The notes under the pieces: generated by a model
Database searches by the model: none
What the model saw: only the letters and a program-made list of their open reading frames with translations
What the model was told of the DNA's origin: nothing
Translations under genes and position numbers: made by a program
Shown here: piece after piece, positions 58,459 to 64,000 of the stretch
How positions within the stretch are numbered: the first letter of the stretch is position 1
How the letters are laid out: each line of letters begins with the position of its first letter
Assembly (NCBI GenBank): GCA_965247115.1
Contig: CBDFGR010000002.1
Coordinates: forward strand, 1,248,001 to 1,312,000
Length of the DNA: 64,000 nt
Reading direction: 5' to 3'
From: Myxococcota bacterium
GTDB taxonomy: Bacteria > Myxococcota_A > UBA9160 > SZUA-336

Positions 58459-59030
58459 TGAACACCTTCAAGCAAGCATCGCTCTCTCTACTCGCTGTTG
58501 TGCTGCTATTGGTCCTGGGGCTTAGCGTCTGCGATCCCGTGCCATGGGTTTGGTGGTCGGTCTCCCGCAGCTGCTCCGACGTCGAGAACGAGCTTGTCCG
58601 CAAATCGGGTCCCGAACAACGGCGTTTGATCCTCGACTACCCACTCGAGCAGCAGGTCGATCTCTATCTAAGTTCGATGCATTGCGTACATCCGCCGGAC
58701 CGGAGCCTGTCGGGCGTAGTGGCCAGCAACGGAGCAGACATTGTTCCCATTCTGAGAGATCGCATTATAGAAATTGACAGCGAGCAGTCCAAAAGTGTCC
58801 TAGTCGGTATCTTCTTCGATATGCAGTTTTCTGGCTACTATCCGGTTGCTTCGGACACTGAAACCATGAACTTCTTAGAGCAGCAAGCAGCATTAATGGA
58901 AGATACCGTGTGGAGGGAACTAACCGTTAGAAAGATCATGCTGATTAAGAAGAAAGGCGGGTTGAGGCCAAGCGAAGTCGCACAGGGGGATGTCCCGGAG
59001 GCTGTTGGACTTGAAGACTTGAAAGACTGA
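58458..59030 (+). CDS. Membrane-anchored putative immunity protein (copy B; last 14 codons derive from the IS256 end)
   Basis: Paralog of 53760-54290; the native TGA is replaced by the IS inverted repeat. Confidence 0.65.
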   Translation: MNTFKQASLSLLAVVLLLVLGLSVCDPVPWVWWSVSRSCSDVENELVRKSGPEQRRLILDYPLEQQVDLYLSSMHCVHPPDRSLSGVVASNGADIVPILRDRIIEIDSEQSKSVLVGIFFDMQFSGYYPVASDTETMNFLEQQAALMEDTVWRELTVRKIMLIKKKGGLRPSEVAQGDVPEAVGLEDLKD

Positions 59031-60439
59031 GGGCGGCGGCTCCTTCCGCCTCCGTGTGTTACGGAGGTGGTGCCAACCATAAGGAAGGAGCCACCATGGC
59101 CAAGCATGCCAGTCCGCCCGCTCATCTCCAAGTCGTCGAGTCTCCGAAGACCGTGGCGGTCCAGATCCCGCTGCCCGTTCTGGGGGCGCTTGTGGACGCG
59201 AAGAGTGCCCTGTTCGACCTGTGTGTCGGCGTGGGCCAGCAGGTCCTGGGCGTGCTGATGGAGCACGACCGGGACACGTTCTGCGGCCCGAAGGGGAAGC
59301 AGGACCCCAAGCGGAAGGCGGTCCGCGGAGGCAGCACGCGCTCAGAGGGAACGCTCGGAGGACGCCGAATCCCGGTCCGTCGGCTTCGGGCACGAGGCGC
59401 CGCAGGCGAGCTCGCGCTGCCGAGCTTCGTCTTTGCTGCCGACCGGGACCCGTTGGATCGACACACGCTAGAGGCGATCGCGTGCGGCGTATCGACGCGC
59501 AAGTACGCGCGGAGCCTCGAGCCGCTCGCCGAGGCGGAGGAGCGGAGCGTCTCGAAGAGCGCTGTGTCGCGGCGATTCGTGGCGCTGTCCCAGCAGCAGA
59601 TGACAGCGTGGCTGACCAAGCCGCTTCACGACGTGGACCTCCGGGTCCTGGTGATCGACGGAGTCGTGTTTCGGGACCACACGATCCTGATCGTGCTGGG
59701 TGTGGACAGCGACGGGCGGAAGCACGTCCTGGGCCTGTGCGAGGGCACGACCGAGAACAGCCGGGTAGCGCAGGCGCTGCTCCGCGATCTGCTCGAGCGG
59801 GGTCTCGACTCCGAGCGCGCACGCGTCTTCGGGATCGACGGGTCGAGGGCGCTGCGGGTCGCGATCCGCAAGACCTTCGATCGGCTGGGGGTCGTGCAGC
59901 GCTGCCAGATCCACAAGCGGAGGAACATCCTCTCGCACGTGCCCGAGGCACTCCACGCCAGCGCGTCCAAGGTCTTGGTCGAGGCCTGGGACAGCCCGGA
60001 CGCGGAGCTGGCGGAGCGTCGTCTGCAGAGGCTCGCCGACTCGCTCGAGACCGAGCATCCCGGAGCCGCGGCGTCGATCCGCGAAGGCCTCGAGGAGACG
60101 CTCACACTCCAACGTCTGGGGCTCAAGGGCGCGCTGTACCGGACACTGCGGAGCACGAACACGATCGAGAACCTCAACGGTTCGGTCGCGACCTACACAC
60201 GCAACGTGAAGCGGTGGCGTGGAGGCTCGATGCTCGTCCGCTGGGTCAGTGCGTCCGTGCTCGATGCCACGCGGCGCTTCCGAAGGGTCCGCGGATATCG
60301 AGACCTCGCCGCCCTCGTCGTCGCACTGCAGAAGGTCGAAGACCAACAGCAAGACGCCATCCACCCTCAGGTCGCGTAGTAGAATCCCTCAAACCCGGAG
60401 CCGCCGTTCTCGAAGTTCAACACCGAACGGGACATCGCC
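58986..60439 (+). mobile_element. IS256-family insertion sequence
   Basis: Imperfect ~32-bp terminal IRs GGGGATGTCCCG...GACTTGAAGA and TCTCGAAGTTC...CGGGACATCGCC. Confidence 0.85.
59096..60379 (+). CDS. IS256-family (Mutator-like) DDE transposase
   Basis: GVSTRK, SKSAVSR, LVIDG, IDG, QRCQIHK.RN, RSTNTIEN. Confidence 0.92.
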   Translation: MAKHASPPAHLQVVESPKTVAVQIPLPVLGALVDAKSALFDLCVGVGQQVLGVLMEHDRDTFCGPKGKQDPKRKAVRGGSTRSEGTLGGRRIPVRRLRARGAAGELALPSFVFAADRDPLDRHTLEAIACGVSTRKYARSLEPLAEAEERSVSKSAVSRRFVALSQQQMTAWLTKPLHDVDLRVLVIDGVVFRDHTILIVLGVDSDGRKHVLGLCEGTTENSRVAQALLRDLLERGLDSERARVFGIDGSRALRVAIRKTFDRLGVVQRCQIHKRRNILSHVPEALHASASKVLVEAWDSPDAELAERRLQRLADSLETEHPGAAASIREGLEETLTLQRLGLKGALYRTLRSTNTIENLNGSVATYTRNVKRWRGGSMLVRWVSASVLDATRRFRRVRGYRDLAALVVALQKVEDQQQDAIHPQVA

Positions 60440-60825
60440 CGCGACGCTGTTGCGGCCGAGCTGGTCGTGCTCGAGCTGGAGGCCCTCGATCACGCTCCGC
60501 GTGCGCTGGGCCGCACGGCTCCGCTCTTCCGCTCCCCTGCGCGCATCCTCCCGATCCTGTCGCTCCTTTCGGATCTTGTTTTTCTCGGCTTGCTCCTCGA
60601 GTAGACCAGCAAGCTCCTCCTTCCGCCCGCTCAGGACGTTCTGGTTCCAGCCTAGCGATCCCTGTGTCTCGATTTCTTTTTGGAGATCTTCGACCCGCTC
60701 GTCGATGGGCTTCTCCAGCAGCCCGATGAACTCACCAAACTTCTTCCCCCAGGAGATCAGGGTCGGCAGCGTTTCGGTGTAGCTCTCTGCGAGCTCGGCG
60801 ATCGCGTCTGCATTCTGCAGCAACC
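60440..60825 (-). pseudogene. Coiled-coil fragment, probably from a tail tape-measure protein
   Basis: Charged helical open frame without start or stop, truncated by IS256 and by a deletion junction. Confidence 0.4.
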
Positions 60826-60890
60826 GAGGGGTCGGGATTCGGAACGACGGTTAGGGCCGCTGCTGATTTTCGGCCGCGTTGGGTGGCCAT
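60826..60890 (-). pseudogene. N-terminal remnant of a phage terminase small subunit
   Basis: GGAGG RBS then MATQRGRKSAAALTVVP, directly downstream of the HNH gene. Confidence 0.5.
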
Positions 60891-61306
60891 AAGGATCTCG
60901 TTTCCTCCGGTGATCTCGTTTTCTTACGCTTTAGCGACCAAAAGGGTGGGCTCCGGTTCCCAGGACAGCCCAAGAATCGTTTCACCCCCCCCCATCCCCT
61001 GTTCGCCGGATGCCTGGGGTCGACGGGCCAGCCGTCCAACCCCACCCGGATGTCGTAGCCGCGCCGCTCCTCGCGCTGCTTGTGGCGGTTGTGGCACGGC
61101 GCGCAAAGCGGCTGCCAGTTGCTCGGGTCCCAGAAGCGCTTCGAGTCGCCTCGATGCGGCACGATGTGATCCACCACGCAGGCCTCGGTCACGCGACGCT
61201 CGGCCTGGCACAGAACGCACAACGGGTGCGCGCGCAGGTACGCGTGCCTCGCGGTGCGCCAGCGATGGCCGTAGCCCCGCTTTGCTGCGGATAGGCGACT
61301 CGCCAC
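60851..61306 (-). CDS. HNH endonuclease (phage packaging-associated)
   Basis: RGYG..W...R..YL..HPLCVLC.....VVDHIVPHRGD...FWD..NWQPLC..CHN..K. Confidence 0.9.
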   Translation of the reverse strand: MASRLSAAKRGYGHRWRTARHAYLRAHPLCVLCQAERRVTEACVVDHIVPHRGDSKRFWDPSNWQPLCAPCHNRHKQREERRGYDIRVGLDGWPVDPRHPANRGWGGVKRFLGCPGNRSPPFWSLKRKKTRSPEETRSLWPPNAAENQQRP

Positions 61307-61310
61307 CCCT

Positions 61311-61532
61311 TCACCCTCCGAACAGCGCCGGCCAGAACGAGCGCGCGGTCACGGCCAGCATCCCACCCAAAAGTACGTAGAGCAGCTTGAGGTTGCGCTC
61401 GCTGTGTGCCTCGATCTTCCCGAGCTGCGTTTGGATCTCGCCATAGCGCCGCTCGCACAGGATCTCGTGACGCGAGAGCTTCTCCTGGGCCTCGGTGCGG
61501 ACGCGCTCAACCTCGAGGGTTGCCTCGGTCAT
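61311..61532 (-). CDS. Small phage membrane protein (XhlA/holin-like)
   Basis: HE..C..RY..I coiled coil followed by one TM segment; in the lysis cluster. Confidence 0.55.
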   Translation of the reverse strand: MTEATLEVERVRTEAQEKLSRHEILCERRYGEIQTQLGKIEAHSERNLKLLYVLLGGMLAVTARSFWPALFGG

Positions 61533-62116
61533 TTGCTCACCAGCTGCCGCACGAGGGTTGCGGCGAGACCTTCCTGCCCCGCGGCCACGCGCTTGTCGCG
61601 ACTGCGCGACACCACCCCGACTCCGAGCACGGCCAGCGCGACACTCCACTGCAACGTGAGAGACGCCAGGCCTTCGAACATCGCGCGCAGGAACTCGGTC
61701 GCTGCGCCGCGGTCCTCGGCACCCAAGCTGAACCCCACGACAAGGATCACGCCGACTCCCTGAAGTCCCCAGGTGCAGGCCGAGATGTAGCCCCAGAAAG
61801 GACGCCAGCGGCGCACCACGGGATCCTCGGATGCCAACTCCGCACGCATCGTGCGCTGGATCTCGGCCTGCCGCGTCGACTCGACCTCTAGGTGGAGCGA
61901 GCGCAGCTCGGTGCGGCGCTCCATCTCCAGCGCCCGCAGCCGCTCCGCCGCGGGAAGATCCGAGAGCGCCGTCTTGATTGCCGCCGGATCCTCCTCACAG
62001 CCCAGGGCCGAGGCGATGAGTGTGCCCGCTGCCTTTCCCGCGGGTCCGCCGAGCAATCCGCCCAGAAGCGGCGCGCCGGCCCCGATCACCGCTTGGCTGA
62101 GCTCGCGCCAATCCAT
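61529..62116 (-). CDS. Holin of 3 TMs (GTA-type)
   Basis: APLLGGLLGGPAG, E..S.D...RRWRP..GY, LGV....RS.DK. Confidence 0.75.
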   Translation of the reverse strand: MDWRELSQAVIGAGAPLLGGLLGGPAGKAAGTLIASALGCEEDPAAIKTALSDLPAAERLRALEMERRTELRSLHLEVESTRQAEIQRTMRAELASEDPVVRRWRPFWGYISACTWGLQGVGVILVVGFSLGAEDRGAATEFLRAMFEGLASLTLQWSVALAVLGVGVVSRSRDKRVAAGQEGLAATLVRQLVSK

Positions 62117-62502
62117 CAGTAGCTCCACAGCGCCCGGCCGCCGGGGCGGGGGACGCGGTCGAGGTGCAGGTAGCGTGCGGACCGCTCGCCGTTCTGCTGG
62201 ATCCCCACACCGATCCAGTCGAGAGCCATCGCAAGCGCGAGCAAATCAAAGGCCGCTGCACCCGCCACCCGTACATCCACCGCACCAAGCGTGTGTGCAT
62301 GCAACGCGCCATTGCCTTTGGCGGCTTCGGTCGGATGCTCCGAGCAGCGATAGCCCGACGAGACGCGCATCGGACGGTTGTATGCAACGCGCAGCAGGCC
62401 GAGCGCATCGAGGAACGCCGGGTACTCCTCCCCCTCCGGCAACGCGCCGCAGTGTCGGCAGGCCAGCTCGTCTGCACGGAAGTGCTCGGGCAGATGCACC
62501 AT
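62116..62502 (-). CDS. Peptidase M15A endolysin
   Basis: HF...E.AC..CG, R..YNRPM.VSSGYRC..H, AH....AVD, LHLD. Confidence 0.82.
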   Translation of the reverse strand: MVHLPEHFRADELACRHCGALPEGEEYPAFLDALGLLRVAYNRPMRVSSGYRCSEHPTEAAKGNGALHAHTLGAVDVRVAGAAAFDLLALAMALDWIGVGIQQNGERSARYLHLDRVPRPGGRALWSY

Positions 62503-62584
62503 GCCATCGACCCTATGGGTCCGTGCCGAAACTTCAACGGGCGAGGTCGACCGCTTTTGACCGGTTTGGTCCGGTTTCGACCAC

Positions 62585-62797
62585 TTATTTTTCCGCGAGA
62601 GAACGCCCCAGCTCGGAAACCGGGATCCAGTAGCGCTTCTGACCGCAAGGGCCGGTGGTGATCCGACAACGGATCTGCCTCGTCTGGCACCAGTAGCGAA
62701 CCGTCCTCACGCTGCGCCCGATCCGGGCGGCGAACGTCTGCGGCGTGAGCTCACGCACCAGGCTGCGCGTCTGTGCCCTCGCCGGACTGCTGCACAT
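62585..62797 (-). CDS. Small helix-turn-helix DNA-binding protein
   Basis: LTPQTFAARIGRSVRTVRYWC...I...YWIP; start uncertain. Confidence 0.55.
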   Translation of the reverse strand: MCSSPARAQTRSLVRELTPQTFAARIGRSVRTVRYWCQTRQIRCRITTGPCGQKRYWIPVSELGRSLAEK

Positions 62798-62964
62798 TCC
62801 CTCCTCAAGCGCCCCAGAGACTCCAGGACACGAGATCTTCTACGAACAGGACCCACACATCGTGTTCCCGCGCACAAGCCCGCAGAAACGATCTCTGGCA
62901 CACAAGCAAGCTACACACAATCGTGACACAGCGTAGCTCAATCGCGCTGAGTCAGCGACGGAAA

Positions 62965-62985
62965 AGAGGGGCCGTATAGGGCCGT
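62965..62985 (+). repeat. Putative integrase arm-type sites (right)
   Basis: AGAGGGGCCGTATAGGGCCGT identical to 23376-23396; ~90 bp inside attR. Confidence 0.75.
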
Positions 62986-63075
62986 TTGGCCGTCGTCGAG
63001 ATCGCGCATGATCGACGATGATCATCGCTGATACGCATGCTGCGCTAACTACACGTCTTTGCGTGGGTTGGAATC

Positions 63076-63093
63076 GATCCGCCGCATCGTCGG
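63076..63093 (+). repeat. attR core GATCCGCCGCATCGTCGG
   Basis: Identical to 23263-23280. Confidence 0.92.
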
Positions 63094-64000
63094 CCTCGAC
63101 CTCGATCTTCCCTGCGTGGCGATGACGTGCCTGGCCGGCCCGAAACGGTCGATCGAGGCGCTTCGCGCCGGTGCGTTCTGGTTCGTCGAGAAGCCCGTCG
63201 AAGAGAGTCTCCCGGCGCTGGAGCGCCTGATTGCGGAGGCGCTCCGGACAGGCCGACCGGGCACGGTCGCTCCCGCCACGCCGCGCGCCGGGGGGGAGAC
63301 CATCCGGGGAATCGAGAGCATCGTCGGCAAGAGCGACGCGCTGCGTCGCTCGCTCGAGATGGTGCGCCGCGTGGCCGACTCGGAGGCGACGGTCCTCATC
63401 CTCGGCGAGAGCGGCACCGGAAAGGAGCTCGTCGCACGCGCGATTCACTTCCACAGCCGGCGGGCGAGCGCGAACTTCGTCGCCGTGAACTGCGGCGCGA
63501 TTCCGGAGACGCTGCTCGAGTCGGAGCTTTTCGGCCACGTGCGCGGCGCCTTCACCAGCGCGGATCGCCAGCGCGATGGCCGCTTCGCCGTGGCGAACGA
63601 GGGGACGATCTTCCTCGACGAGATCGGCCAGATGAGCCCCAACCTGCAGGTAAAGCTCCTGCGCATCCTGCAGGACGGGACCTACGAGCAGGTCGGGTCT
63701 TCCATCACGGAGACCTGTGATGTGCGAACCATTGCCGCCACCAATCAGAACCTGCAAGAGGCAATGAGCACGGGGCGCTTCCGCGACGACCTCTTCTACC
63801 GGCTGAACGTCGTGCCGGTCGAGCTCCCGGCACTGCGCGAACGACACGATGACATCCCGCTGCTCGTCGAGCACTTCCTGCAGCGGACGGGCGGCCATTT
63901 GCAGGGCTTCACGAACGAGGCGATGCAGAAGCTATGCGCGTACGCCTGGCCTGGGAACGTGCGCGAGCTCGAGAGCCTGGTCGAGCGCATGTCCATCCTC
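63077..64000 (+). CDS. 3' part of the interrupted NtrC-family sigma54 activator (rest of receiver + AAA+ domain; runs off the window)
   Basis: IRRIVGLDLDLPCVAMT...GAFWFVEKP, Walker A GESGTGKE, ESELFGH..GAFTSA, FLDEIG, FRDDLFYRLNV, WPGNVREL; no stop before the window end. Confidence 0.92.
   Translation, partial: MRRIVGLDLDLPCVAMTCLAGPKRSIEALRAGAFWFVEKPVEESLPALERLIAEALRTGRPGTVAPATPRAGGETIRGIESIVGKSDALRRSLEMVRRVADSEATVLILGESGTGKELVARAIHFHSRRASANFVAVNCGAIPETLLESELFGHVRGAFTSADRQRDGRFAVANEGTIFLDEIGQMSPNLQVKLLRILQDGTYEQVGSSITETCDVRTIAATNQNLQEAMSTGRFRDDLFYRLNVVPVELPALRERHDDIPLLVEHFLQRTGGHLQGFTNEAMQKLCAYAWPGNVRELESLVERMSIL

Larger units (their letters stand above)
23263..63093. mobile_element. ~39.8 kb integrated, decayed prophage-derived element (genomic island)
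   Basis: 18-bp direct repeats at both ends, adjacent tyrosine integrase and excisionase, RusA, HNH, holin, endolysin and tail fragments; splits a host gene. Confidence 0.92.

Noticed and set aside
53512..58985. Diversity-generating retroelement TR/VR pair
   Set aside because: Differences are not adenine-specific, the repeat spans two genes, and no reverse transcriptase is present
62840..63898. 352-aa minus-strand ORF
   Set aside because: Antisense shadow of the sigma54 activator AAA+ domain

Overview
High-GC diderm bacterial DNA. Gene content suggests Myxococcota/Deltaproteobacteria, but this is inference only. Bases 1-23 kb are ordinary chromosome: a LolCDE-like ABC/LolA-like/beta-barrel operon, ileS (type 2), a crotonase, a 2-hydroxyacid dehydrogenase, gatB, leuS, a deoxyhypusine-synthase-like/sulfurtransferase/rhomboid operon, a TonB receptor, rimO, a phosphoesterase and a NUDIX hydrolase. 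From 23263 to 63093 lies a ~39.8 kb decayed prophage-derived element bounded by an 18-bp direct repeat. It is integrated inside the receiver domain of an NtrC-family sigma54 activator, and excision would rejoin the two halves in frame. Integrase, excisionase, att cores and arm-type repeats look intact, while the virion modules are deleted. The integrase ORF itself runs through the att core, so its C-terminus differs between the integrated and excised states. The cargo is a patchwork of catabolic genes flanked by truncated neighbours, IS remnants (IS630, IS91/ISCR-like, IS3, IS256), and an Rhs toxin/immunity cassette array with a diverged duplicate pair. It also carries an IS110/IS1111 element whose non-coding end contains a readable bridge-RNA-like structure matching its own target site.
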